NCBI RefSeq assembly: GCF_009914755.1
Contig: NC_060933.1
Reading direction: 5' to 3' (one strand)
Length of the DNA stretch: 64,000 nt
Origin: the human T2T-CHM13v2.0 reference genome, Homo sapiens
Below are positions 51,621-64,000 of this stretch, in pieces; within the stretch, counting starts at the first letter, position 1; every line of letters begins with the position of its first letter. The notes under the pieces are model-generated. The model ran no database searches, was not told where the DNA came from, and was given only the letters and a program-made list of their open reading frames with translations. The position numbers and the translations under genes are program-made.

Positions 51621-53431
51621 TATTGGTTTCTGAAAGAGATAATCTGGAGCTGTTTAGTGTGGCATTTTGAACCAGAAAGTAGACTTAAAAAGAATGCCAG
51701 TCCCTTTAAATTTACCATTTATTTAAATGGTTTTAAAATGTTTTATGGTAATAGTAAAATATTCTTTTAATTAAAATTCAGAAAATTCAGAAAACTAAAA
51801 AGCAGCAAAGAGAAATCCAGAGTCCCATTGCCCAATGACAATTTTTATATTTTCCATAAGAAGTTTTTTCCTGCTTCTGTGTGTGTTGTCTTACATATTT
51901 ATAATCATATACAATTGAAAATACACATAGCTCAAATACTGCCTTTTTAATTTTAACATTCTTTTTCAAACATCTAAACCTGTTCTTACACTGGCTTTAT
52001 AAGTAGTGTTTTTAATGAGCTTCATAGTATCTTGCCAGGGGAACTAGACACTTCTCCTACTTTCAGGCATTTAAATGATTTCTGTCTTTTGTACTTCTCT
52101 ACCGACTTTGTTAACTATGACTGTAGGATCCACAAACATGGAAGATCTTTCCGTAAAACTTATGTAGATTATTTTACTCAGATCTGAGAAGTCATTTGGG
52201 CATTGGCCGTATGGACTACAACAGCTTGTTCTTGTCCTTCATGTCTGGTGATCTGGGGGTCTGGAGCCTGCCAGCAGCTGCCACTGAAACTTTCACCTTC
52301 AGAAAGTTGCCTGTTGGCCTATTCTGTGATAATTTATCTGGTCAGCCTGGAGTCAGTGTATGATCCATATTTTACCTATTACTATGGTACAGTTTATTGG
52401 TTGCCAAACAAGTAAGAATTCATTGGTTGTAATCTGTCTCCTCAAAGTGGTGGGAGGCATGTGTGTGCTGCAACAGTGCTCCCACATAACTCTGATAAAC
52501 CACAGAACTTCACTGAAAATCAGGGCTGTGGTCTGACATGTTTTCACATTATCCATCCCTAGAGACTTGCTGCTAGGGCTTACTCTGTTTGACCCATGGA
52601 GTTTGTGCTCATTTTTAATGGCCATAATAACGTTGGTTGCTCCAAAGATATACCCTCTTAGGTTACAAAGATAACAACGCATATGGATGAGGAAAGCAAT
52701 CATTCGGGCCAAGGAAGCTCATATTCACTTGATTATATAGTAGGCTTATTAGATTCACATACAATAATTGTGTAACTCTGGCTTACCTACATTCCTTCAT
52801 ATTATTATATTTCAAATAAAATATCAATACATTTGTATTAATATTCTAAAATAAGATATAAAAAATTACTTAAAGGAAGTACACAGAACTTCCTATTTTA
52901 AATTGATCCCTGAGGGACCTGTGACAGATCAGAAATAGTTTGGGGACAGATGTTCAGATATACTTTAGTATGGTCATACTTGCTCCATTGAGTACATGAA
53001 CCTAACTTTATTATAGGTTCAGGTTATTCATTGTTGTTTTTTATCATTAAGTAAATGTTTAATGGAAATACCATATTCATGTAGAAAAGAGCACAAATTG
53101 TGAGGAGATTTTTACAAAGGGAACACAGCCATGTAGTCAGCACCCTCATCAAGGAAAAAAACATCACCAGCATCCCAGAAGTCAGCTTTCATTTTAATTC
53201 TGCAAAATTTCCCATTAACTGATTGCAGGGTAACTTAAAAAAAAAAAAAAAAACAACTTTCCCCCCAACATTTATAAATGGTTTTCTGCCATTAAAATCC
53301 TGCCAAAATATCGATGGAACTCCCTAGTCTTGAACATTAGCCAAGTGAGAAAAAGACAAATTCTGTTCTGACACCTTTTTGATCAAAATGACCTTTTCAA
53401 ATGCAGCCATACCTATATTTTGTCCCCTTAG

Positions 53432-53505
53432 CCACCCTGCTGTCCTTGAGAGTTCTCCCAGAGTTTAAGAAGAAAGCTGTATGGACCAGAGCATATGGTT
53501 GGTGA
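53432..53505 (+). CDS. FOCAD: FOCAD terminal coding exon (ATLLSLRVLPEFKKKAVWTRAYGW*)
   Basis: tccccttag| acceptor; TGA at 53503-53505; peptide matches my recollection of the focadhesin C-terminus. Confidence 0.95.
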
Positions 53506-53830
53506 ACAGTTTTGCAGTAACCAGCAGCATTCTCAGCTGGATGAGGAAAACCATATAAGTGGAAGAAGTTTTTCAGAATTCATGCCTGGTATTGCTGAGA
53601 CATGATGCAGAGAGTTAAGGGTCATGAAAAGATGGCCACATCACTGACAGCTTGACACATGCCTCCTAAGAGAGGAGTGCATTGCTTTAGTACCCGGGCC
53701 AGTTGAGACTGAAACAGGAACTTGGATTTTCTTTATTTGGCTTGAGTTCAATGTGGAGATTTTCTTTGTGAAAGCTTGAAGATATTATCTTCTCCCTGCT
53801 AAATTCCAGTAAAATAATGTTGTCAATTTT
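53506..53830 (+). other. FOCAD: FOCAD 3' UTR (about 320 nt; end approximate)
   Basis: Runs from the stop codon to the inferred cleavage site about 15 nt after AGTAAA. Confidence 0.7.
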
Positions 53831-53850
53831 GTGCGTGTGACTTTTGTTTT
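53808..53850 (+). terminator. Variant poly(A) signal AGTAAA with GU/U-rich downstream element
   Basis: AGTAAA at 53808-53813 followed by ttttgtgcgtgtgacttttgtttt; I saw no AATAAA between the stop codon and this site. Confidence 0.7.
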
Positions 53851-54079
53851 AAGGCATGGGGGAAGGTGCCAGAACCACTTGGTGACAATGGCATTATGAT
53901 CTATTTTCCATGAATCTCCATGAGGATATTCATTGACTCAGTGAGTTAGACAAATTTCCTTATTGATAAAACACTCTCTTGGAACTGCTATACACATTTA
54001 AATAATAAGCATAACATTGAATATTAGCTAAATCAGATTCATTAATGGTGTCTATCATTTCCTTATGCTTTGTTCTCTT

Positions 54080-54540
54080 GAATGCAAGTGAAAGTTGTGA
54101 TTCCAAATAGCTTCAGCCAAAGATTAGTTCACAAACTAAGAAATTTAAGAGTAGATCTCATCTGACACAGCTGCATCCAGTGAATCAAGTGATGCCGTCA
54201 GGCTTTGTTCCTCTCAGAATCATTCCTCATAGCTGGCAAGATGTCTGCCAGTGACCTCAAAGGGAAAGAAAGGTGTCTGCCCACAGATACAGCAGAAGCA
54301 ACATGAGGAGGACTCTGGTTCAGACTGGATGCCTAGGCCCAGGGAGGTCGGTCACATGTGAGTCTCTGAGCAAGTATCTGGGCCCAGGGAGGTGGGGAAT
54401 GCTAACTGTCCAGGCCTGGGTCATATGTCCACTCCTAAGTCTCTGGATAGAGAGGTGTCAAGGCAGACCCACCCAAACCACCTGAACTGGGTTTCCTCCA
54501 GAAGAAAGATGATGGGGTGCTGGGCTGGCAAAAAAATGAC
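54080..54540 (-). mobile_element. Old MaLR LTR remnant (MLT1J/K/L-like)
   Basis: Diverged motifs gactctggtt...ggtcatatgtccactcct. Confidence 0.4.
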
Positions 54541-55230
54541 AGATATCTCCCCTGAAGATCAATTTTTTAAATAAGTACAAATCTCTTTCTTAATCGGGGT
54601 GACTACTGGACTAAAGTAAATGCAGGTTTGTGACGATATTCTCAAGGGTTGCATTTTATTCAATGGCTTGAGACTCAGCCAGCATTTAAATTTGGTCTAT
54701 TTGCTAATGACTCTCCTCACAGCCAGTATCTGGGCTCTGTGTTTAGCCAATCATATAAACGTACTGATGCATACGTATATGGGATCACTGGAAGAAAAAT
54801 TATGCCACTGAAATAATGTACCTTTGTGTCTGTCATGCCATAGCACAGTGCCTGATGCTGCTCAACCACCATGGAGCTTCTATTATTCCCCTGTGGCCTG
54901 TACCTTCATGTTGTCACCAATGTACCTGCCACTTAGGTTAAAAATAGCTTTACTAGTTTTGTTTTCCAAATACATGACTTCCTTAGAGGTTAGGCTAGAG
55001 GAAAATGAATTTGAATGAAGACAGGAAGATAGATAGAAAATTTACTCTAGAAACCAGCTTCCCTCTCCTTCCCATCTATATACACTTTCTTATATTTCCT
55101 ACTGATGAGAGGTTGAAATTCATCTAACATTCACTGCTAGGTGTCAGAAAACAGCTATAGAATATACACAAAACATTCACTGCTAGGTGAATTCACTGCT
55201 AGGTGAATTCTAACATTCACTGCTCGGTGT

Positions 55231-55385
55231 CAGAAAACAGCTATAGAATATACACAAAAGGAAATGAGAAAGGTATTTAAATGCTTCATTACAAAAAAAT
55301 AAGCACAATAGATGACAATCACGCAGGAAATGAGGGACAAAATACCTATAAAGCAGATAGAAAACAAATATCAAAATGACAGAAC
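55231..55385 (+). mobile_element. Old L1M internal fragment
   Basis: Similar to 60081-60230 within the L1 at 58860-60610. Confidence 0.75.
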
Positions 55386-58291
55386 AGTTGAGCTTTCAGT
55401 TGTATTATATTATTTAACTCTTGCAACAATACCACAACGAGGCATTTTCTATTTTAAAATGGTGCAAACACAACTAGTTAAGTGGCAGAGAACCCACTGC
55501 TCTTTCTATGCACCAGGCTCATCAGCTCCTCCTTTAAGATGAAAACTCCCACAGAGGATGAAACCTTACTCATGCTTAATGTAGATTGCTATAATCAGAT
55601 AAAGAAACAACTCTGCCTCATATAGGTAGGCCTCTGGAACGGAGAAGTTTAGGTCTGTAGTGTAAATGAGTAGGTCTTCATGGGTTGAAGGACTTCAGAT
55701 TCCTGGGCCAGCTTGCAACATGAATGGCAAACAGGAGTAGTAAAGAGGAAGTGAGCACCAAAGAACCACTCTCTATTTTTTTGAGTCTGCAGCCAGAGAC
55801 TACCAATGCCCAAGTAAAGAGATGAAGAATCAGCCTAGTCTTCCAACCCCAGACTGCCCTTTTCAGTTCAGCCCAGTTTCTTCTCATTCAAACTTTGTCC
55901 CTGCTCCTGCCCTTGACAAGGAAACAGAAGAGTACAAAAGGGAGGAAATAAGATGTTTATTCTTTTTTCCGCAGCTCCTTCTTTTTATTTTGAGCAGCCT
56001 TGAGTATAAGATTTGTATTTTCTTATTCATGGGAACCTCTAAAGATTCTAAATTCAAAACTCCAAAGGTTCTTACATCTAAACATTCTAAGATATAGATC
56101 ACCAGACTAATAAGACCTTTTCTCTTGCTATCTGCATGACCTCAGGTGAGAATTAAATTATTCCCTTAGGATTTTTCAGTTTATTCTCCAGAAACCAGAA
56201 GTCTCTGCATTTTTAGGCCAGATGTTCCTAGCTTTATGGAAAGTTTCCTTACAAATCATCTAATGTTAGTTTTTAAAAACATAAGTGGCCAAGACAAATA
56301 GCATGCTGAGATGTACTAACAAATTAATGTGTGGGGTTTGAGCCCTGATAGGTCTCTCAGAACTATCTAAACACTCTGACTCTTGATTTGAAAAGTATAC
56401 ATTTGGAACAGATGTTAAGATCCATGCAAGTGCCTAAAATCCTCTTTGTGTTTTATTTGTAATGTAATGGCTCCATGGTAACCAAAAGGCTGTTAATAAT
56501 CTTTTTTTAAGTTAACTGTGAGACATTAATGTCTCCAAAATGATTTTAACCAGAGATAGTGGTATTGTAATTATATAAGGAGTCAGATTTAAGGATTCAA
56601 TTACTATCTTGAAGTAACTTAGTAACTTTGAAAGCAAGCAGCAGTTTTAGAGGTTTAGCAAACACTTTAGTAAACTGCTGTTTTAGAAGAGAAATCAGAT
56701 CATTTGGTAAAGAGATGGGGCCTTCGTTAAAGCCCGAGGGTAGGTCCCTGTTTGGTCAGTTTGTATTTCTGACCCAACCAGCCTATTCATAGGAACCACT
56801 TCAAATGGAACTAGGGGACAGAGTGTGGCTGGAACCGTTCACATTCTTCATCACTCTTGTGGAAAGACACCCAACAGCATCATCTTCGTTTACGAATGTG
56901 TGTCATCACTGCTGTGGTCCTGGACGAGGTAACATGCTTCTGTATTTTCTGGGGGAAATACATTACTGTGATCCTGGAAACTTTAAAATCTCATCTTAAA
57001 TGTATGATATATATAAATATATATATATATTATTTATAAAGTTGTGAGTTTTGCATTTAATCTGTTAATCTTCATAAATAGTAAAAACTTCTTTAAAACT
57101 ACAACTTAGAAAGCTCATCTGATTCTTGTCAAACATAGGGAACTTGTAAGATCATTTCCAGCTAAATTATTAAATATGAAACTGAATAAAAATGATTATT
57201 CCCTGAGGTTTGGTTTTATTTTTTGGATAAAATGATCTACCTCACAAAGTAGCTGTGAGGGTTAAAATAAATAATACAAAAATATGGTTTATAAATTATA
57301 AAATGTTATTGAAATGTTATCACTTTTGTGTGTTTCACTGCAAATAAATAGCTGTAATGCTTGAACACATTTCTGACATGTATATGGGGACTCAGGAAGA
57401 CAGTGGAAGTTTATTAAGAAATTGTTCTTAACAATTAAAATATTCTAGAAGTAGCATGTTAAGATACTTATATAAGTTGAAAGAAAAAAACAAAACTTAT
57501 GTGTCTTCTAAATATAAGGAACGCTTTGAGATACAATTGAAATTCATTACCTAATTAAGCCGATAGATTTCTTGAAATATATTTCTAGATGTAGTAGTGG
57601 CGTTCTTTAAAGATAGAGTTGCACACACAATTATGGGTGTCTATTATGTGCCACTATACAAGTTTCTGGGGTACAATCTGAACAAAACGTGTCATCCCTG
57701 CTCTCATGGAACTTACAGTCAGAGAATATAAATCACTAAACCATCATGAAGTAAGAACAGAACATGTTATAAATGTCCTACTTCTGCAAAGCCCTTTATA
57801 ATTTGCAAAAGTTTAATTTACCATATGTCATTTAGTCTTCATAATAACTTTAAGTGGTTAAGGAAACTGGAACTCAAAGAGTCATTCAGTTAGTAAATAA
57901 TGGAGCTTGATCTCAAATCAAACCTAGTGCTCTTAATTCCAGACCACATTATCTTTCACAAGAACCCCATCATTCAGCTGAATACCATGAAGTAACAATA
58001 GACACCTACATGTATGTGATGAATTAAGGCATACTTTTACTAATTGACTTTCATATGGAATTAACTAACCTTATTTTAGATGAGATTTAAAACTCCAGCT
58101 ACCCTTAGCAAAAATAAACTAGTTAGTAATTCTTACTTGGCATGTTAAAAACATGTTCAGAACTACTATTTAAGGATTTTTAAAGCCATAAAAAATCATC
58201 CCTGTTCTGAAAACATTGGTGGCTTTTATATAAGTAGTTCTTTTTAGCAGTTTTCTTTCTGTCCAAAGCTGAAATAATTTAGACTCAAAAG

Positions 58292-58480
58292 CAGTGGTTC
58301 TCAAACTTTTCTGTGCATGAGGCTCATTTGAGGAGTCTATCAAAAGGTAGGATCCTGAGCTTATTCCCAGATCTTCTGATTCAACTATCTTTAGTGGAGC
58401 CCTGGAATCTGCATTCTAAACAGGTGAACTTGTTAATTGTGGCTGTTGCTCCCTGAACATACAATCTGAACACTACCCTG
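58292..58480. mobile_element. MER5-like hAT MITE
   Basis: cagtggttctcaaactt...tggagccctggaatctgcattctaaacagg. Confidence 0.7.
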
Positions 58481-58859
58481 GAGAACCATGTCATATCAAC
58501 ATTAGCATATAACTCAGACCGAGAAGAATATTAAAATTATCCGAACCAACGGGAAACATTATAATTATTAAAAAGCAGTAATAAACAAGTGGAAGATAGA
58601 TACTGGGTAAAGGAAGATAATTTTTAGCATATTTTAACCTTAATTTTAAATCACTTTAACACTTTAGTACCATAAAATGTTTTCTCCATAAGTAAACTTA
58701 AATAATTGTAAGATTCTTTCTTTGGGGAAATATTTTGGACATTGAGATTGTATCTATTTGTACTTCTGAAATAAATACAGTTTCTCACATTTGACAACTT
58801 GCTCAAGGCAGGCAAAGTAAGGAATAGTTTAAAAAAAAACATTAACTTAGGGACCTTAG

Positions 58860-60610
58860 TGAGATGTAGTTACCATATTATTAGATTGAAACGTTCAGTT
58901 TTCAGCAAAAAAATAACAAGGCATACAAAGAAACAGGAAAGTATGTCCCTTTCAAATGAAAACAAAAACAAAAACTATCTCTGAAAAAGACTTGATGGTG
59001 GATCCACTAAAGGCTCTACAACGACTGCCTTAAGGATGTTTTTTAAAGAACCAAAGAGCATGCGGAAAAAGTCAAAAAACCAATGGATGAACAAAATGGT
59101 AATATCAATATAGAGAAAATCTAAGACGATACAAAAAAGAAATTCAAGAGCTGGAAAGTACGATAATTGAAATGAAAAACTCACTAGAGGTATTCAAAGG
59201 CAGATTTGGGCAGCAGAAGAATCAGTATACATGAAAATAGGACAATGGAAATTATTAGTCTGAGCAATAGAAAAAAATTGGAAAAAAGTGAACAGGGTAT
59301 AAGGATCTGTGGGACCCATCAAGCAGACCAACATACACATTGTGAGGATCCCAGAAGGAAAAGAGAGAAAGAAAGGAGCAGAGAGAATATTTGAAGAACA
59401 GCCAGATAATGACCAACAAACTCCAAGTAGAATGAATTCCAAGAGATCCACACAACTATCAAAAGCCAAAGACAGAAAGAGAATCTTGAAAGTAGCATGA
59501 AAAAATCAATTCATCACATATAAGTGATCCTTAATAAGATTATCAGATTTCTCATCAGAAACTTTGGAGGCCAGAATGCAGTGAGCTCACATATTCAAAG
59601 TGTTAGGAAAAAAATATATCATCAACCACATTTCCTGTATTTGACAAAACTGTTCTTCAAACGTGAGAGAGAAATTAAGACATCCCCAGATAAACAAAAG
59701 CTGAGAAAGTATGTTACCACTAGACCTGCCCCTGCCAGAAATGCTAATAGGGGTCCTGCAAGTTGAAATGGAAAGACACTAAACAGCAACTCAAAGCCAC
59801 ATGAAGAAATAAGGATCTCAGTAAAGAAAAATACATGGGCAATTATAAAATCTAGTACTTTTGTAACAATGGTTTGTAACTCCACTTTTTGTTTTCTACA
59901 TAGAGACTACTGCATTTTTAAAAATTGATTTTGGACACACAGTGTATATAATTTTGTGAAACTTAAAGGAGTGATAGACAGAGATATAAAGAGCAGAATT
60001 TTTGTATATTTTTGAAGTTCAGCTGGCATAAGTCCAAATTACCTTCCGGATATTAAATGTCACCCTATGGTAACCACAAAGAAAACAGCTACAGAATATA
60101 CCCAAAAGAACTGAGAAAGATACTTAAATGCTTCACTATAAAAAAGTAAACTACACACAAAAGACGTAATGCAGGAAATGAGGGACAAAAAAGCTAAGCT
60201 ATGTAGAAAACAAATAGCAAAATGACAGGAGTAAGTCCCTCCTTATCAGTCATCCTCAAAAAGGAAGAAAATTCTGACATATACAAAATGGAGGAAACTT
60301 GCGGACATTATGCTAAGTGAAATAAGCCAATTATGAAAGACAGATACTGTATGATTACATTTATATGAGGTACTTAGAGCAATCAAAATCATAGAGACAA
60401 AAAGTAGACTGGTGGTTGCCAGGGACAGGGCAGATGGGAGAATAGGGAACCATTGCTTAATGAGTATAGGGTATAAGTTTTGCAAGGTAAAAAAAGTTCT
60501 GGAGATGGACGGTGGTGATGGTTGCACAATATAAATTACTTACTACTACTGAACTGCACACTTAAAAAGGAATAAGATAGTATATTTTACATTTTACCAC
60601 AATAAAAAAA
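58860..60610 (+). mobile_element. Old L1M: ORF1 remnants joined to an L1MB-like 3' end
   Basis: IKQTNIHIVRIPEGKER..GAERIFEE and EIKTSPDKQKLRKYVTTRPA are ORF1p-like; 3' UTR from about 60250. Confidence 0.85.
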
Positions 60611-61894
60611 TTACTGAAAAAAGTTGTCTTAGATATGTTTTCAAAATATCTAATGGTTCCTATTTCATCTATGTTACTTAGATTTGAGAAAGTAAGCCTT
60701 TGTCTACACTGTACAAAATGAAATAGGGATTTGGTGAACATACAGTTAAGACAGATAGTCAAAGACATCAACTTTGCGATTTTGGTAACATCCGATTAAC
60801 CAGATAGTTACTGTCTTGACTTCACTATGTCTGGGTTTCTTAACCTGGGGAACATGTACTTAAGTAGAAAAAGAAATTACACCTTTATTTTCACTAATTG
60901 ATAATGAAATTTAGTATTCCTTTCCATTGTGAATACAGGCAACCAACCACAGTAGTATTAACAATTGTGTCTGTCACCAAAGGAAATGTAAGATCTTTTT
61001 ATGTTACAATTGTTGCAGATATCTCAAATTACTGTCAATCCTCATTTCTGTTTTAAAATAATTATAAATTCACTTGTGTTTCTTTTGGTTTTCAATTTTA
61101 AGAAGTTTTTAAGTTAATCTGGTTTTAAAAAATTAAAGCATTATTTAATAATGAAATTTTAATTTATTATAATGACCCAGTAAAGTGTAGTTTCTCTAAT
61201 TTTCTCTTTGTTTTAGTGATTGATTGTACATGTACTTCGGCAGTGTAAGGAGCCATCTTTATTTGGAGTGATTAAGATTAACTCACCTAAAATTTGCAAA
61301 GGGTTTATGTTCTCCTTGCACACTAAAGCTTTTCATAATTTTTCTGAAATTTAGAAGATAACTATAAAAGCAGAAAAAATGTAGCTTTTTAAAAGGATAA
61401 TTTTTTAAAATCCAAATATATTTATAAAGATTTCAAGTAGCCTAATACTCAATTGTTTCTTTCCAAATGTTTTCTTTAGTGGAAATAAGTTACCCATTTT
61501 TAAAATTACATTTTTATTATCCTATTCTTACATCACAATATATTTAATACCTTTTTACATAGTTTCTAGGTAAGATCTTTATAATTCTTTACCAAAAATT
61601 GAGTGATACATCAATGATACAGCAATGACTATCAGTTATTCACACTTTTTTTAGATTTTTAAAGAAAGCATTTTTCAAAACTATGTAAGGACATATGACT
61701 TACATTACAGTAATTAGCAACAATTCAGTAATAATCCAAAACATGAATTTTCCTTTTTAAAAAGTACTTAGTATATTTTTATACCTTTTATCTTCCTGTA
61801 TGTGTGTGTCATTATTTTTAAAATTAAAAAGAATACAGAATGGGGCATCATTTGTGTATTTGCTAAAGGTTTACTATTTTCATTAGGGTCTTCT

Positions 61895-62182
61895 CTTTTG
61901 AGATAGAGTCTCACTCTGTCACCCAGGCTGGAGTGCAGTGGCTCAATCTCTGCTCACTGCAACCTCCATCTCCTGGGCTCAAGCGATTCTCATGCCCCCA
62001 GCCTCCCGTGTAGCTGGGATTACAGGCATGCGCCACCATGCCTGGCTAATTTTTGTATTTTTAGTAGAAATGGGGTTTCACCATGTTGGCCAGGCTGGTC
62101 TTGAACTCCTGACCTCAACTGATCTGCCCACCTCAGCCTCTCATAGTGCTAGGATTACAGGTATGAGCCAGCATGCCTGGCC
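61895..62182 (-). mobile_element. AluS with almost no A tail
   Basis: TSD agggtcttct(c)tttt. Confidence 0.92.
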
Positions 62183-62266
62183 AGGGTCTTCTTTTAAGGC
62201 ATCAAAGCCCAAATAACTTACAAGATGTTAACAAATACATGACATTAATGAATACTCTATCAGAGC

Positions 62267-64000
62267 ACTAGGGACTGAATGCTGGTGTCCCCCATTAAAT
62301 TCACATGTTGAAAATCTAATCTCCAGTGTGATGGCATTTGAAGCTGGAACCTTCATAAATGGGATTAGTACCTTTACAATAAGAAATAAGGGAGAGATGG
62401 TTTCTCCCTCCACCATGTGAACATATAGCAAGAAGGCATTCATCTGCAAACCATGAAGAAGAATCAGCTAGCACCTTGGAACCTCATCAGGAACTTAATT
62501 GTCTAGCACCTTTATCTTGGACTTCCCTGCCTCCAGAACTGTGAGAAATATATTTGTTGTCTAAGCCACCCAGTTTATGGTATTTTGTTATAGCAGCCAA
62601 GCTAAGACAGCAATTAGTACCAAGAAGTGTGGTGATGCTATAACGAATATATAAAGATGTGGAAGCAGCTTTGACGTTAGGTAACAGATAGAAGCTGGAA
62701 GAGTTTTGAGGTACTAGAGTACCTGGAAGAGTACTGGAAGAGTTTTGAGGTACTAGTTTTTTTGCTAGAAAAAGCCAGTATTGCCATGAAGGGATTGATA
62801 GAGGTGATTTTGGTGAGGGCTCAAAGAGAAGAGGGTGGGAGAGAAAGCCTCCATCTTCATAGAGAACACGTAAATCACCATGAAGATAATGTTGGTAGAC
62901 ATGGACAATAAAGGCCATTCTGATGAAGTCTCAAATGAAAATGAGGAACCTGTTATGGGAAACTGGAAGAAAGGTGATCTTTGTTATAATATGCCAAAGA
63001 ACTTGGATGATTGTGTTCATGTTCTAGTGTTTTGTGGAAAGTAAAATTGTGAGCCATGAAATTAGATATTGAACTGAAGAGATCTCCAACCAGTGTTGAA
63101 GGAGTGCCTCGGTTTATCTTGACTGCTTAAAGTAAAATGTGACAAAAAATGAAGACAGAATTCTTAACAAAAACGGAACCACAACTTAAAAGATGTGGGA
63201 AATTATCAGTCTGTCTGCATTACAAAAAGATAAGAAAACACGTTTGGTAGAGAACACTAAGAGTGTAGCAGACCAGTCATCCAATTAGATTTATGTGGGT
63301 GTGAACCACAGACCTAATCAGCCACCCCAGCAGGAACACTGCTAGTTTGTATTGAAAGGAATGGAGATGGGACAGAATGAGGGAAGACTGTTGGACTTCT
63401 TGAATTTGGGACCATAGAGCTATTCAGCTGTGAATGTACACTATTCTTCAAGAAAAGGAGAAACTGACCCGGAACAATGATTCAGAGAACATCAGTGGTA
63501 CCTTCTCAGTTTCAAAAGGGGCAGTCATTGCCTTGGTTTCAACAGGCCTGACAGCTTCCGCCTGGTGATATGGGGGTCATCCTCCTCCAACATAGTCCTG
63601 GGGGCAATACCTCTGCCTCATTGGGTCCTGAAGCCAGAGTATCAGGCCAAAGAGGATTATTACTAAGACTGAAGATCTCATGGTGTTTGCCTTGCTAGGT
63701 TTTGCACTTGCTGGGGACCCATTACACCTTCCTTTTTTCCTGTTTCTTGCTTTGGGAATAGGAATGTCCACCCTTTGTGTGTCCCACCATTGTACTGTGG
63801 AAGCACATAACTTGTTTCATTTCACAAGTTCAAAGCTGGAAAGGAATTTTACCTCAGGATGAATTCTACCTTGAATCTCACCCACATCTGATTTAGATGA
63901 GACTTTGGACTTTAGAGTTGATGCAGGAATGAGTTAAGACTTTTGAGGCTGTCGAGATGGAATGTATGTATTTTGCATGTGAGGAGGACATGAATTTTGT
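62267..64000 (+). mobile_element. MaLR provirus (MLT1A/MST-like): 5' LTR about 62267-62609 plus internal region running to the window end
   Basis: LTR ends ttgttatagcagccaagctaagaca; internal start aaagatgtggaagcagctttga; end motif gactttggacttt...gagttaagacttttg...ggacatgaatttt just before the expected polypurine tract. Confidence 0.85.

Larger units (their letters stand above)
57385..64000 (-). other. HACD4: Probable long 3' UTR of convergent neighbour HACD4 (PTPLAD2)
   Basis: Mostly recalled gene order (HACD4 lies tail-to-tail with FOCAD); minus-strand AATAAA at 57410-57415 (tttatt on +) is a candidate end. No HACD4 CDS in the window. Confidence 0.4.

Noticed and set aside
55231-60230. 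Apparent local duplication between 55231-55385 and 60081-60230
   Set aside because: Both are diverged copies of the same old L1 segment, which independent insertions explain.

Overview
Primate (almost certainly human) genomic DNA, AT-rich and mostly intronic. The + strand carries the last 16 coding exons of FOCAD (focadhesin/KIAA1797; human 9p21.3 by recall). Splicing them by hand gives 1999 nt of phase-consistent frame (about 665 aa, ending KKAVWTRAYGW*, stop at 53503-53505), followed by a short 3' UTR with an AGTAAA poly(A) signal. The frame closes only if the 23.4-kb intron starting at 10926 uses a non-canonical GC donor. Introns and the 3' flank hold ordinary primate repeats (Alu, old L1, L2, MIR, MaLR LTR, hAT/Tigger/Mariner DNA elements). 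From recalled annotation, the right end probably lies in the long 3' UTR of the convergent gene HACD4; no HACD4 coding sequence is visible. I see no clear new protein-coding system. The most unusual object is a 2.7-kb pyrimidine-skewed tandem array (30350-33040) in the GC-AG intron. It has a 192-bp higher-order unit, and its monomers end in branch-point/polypyrimidine/YAG motifs resembling 3' splice sites. Other points of interest: a 142-bp duplication bracketing an in-frame exon, a T17 acceptor tract, a twin-primed L1, a MADE1 hairpin next to an exon and several inverted Alu pairs. Repeat subfamily names and boundaries are by-eye estimates.
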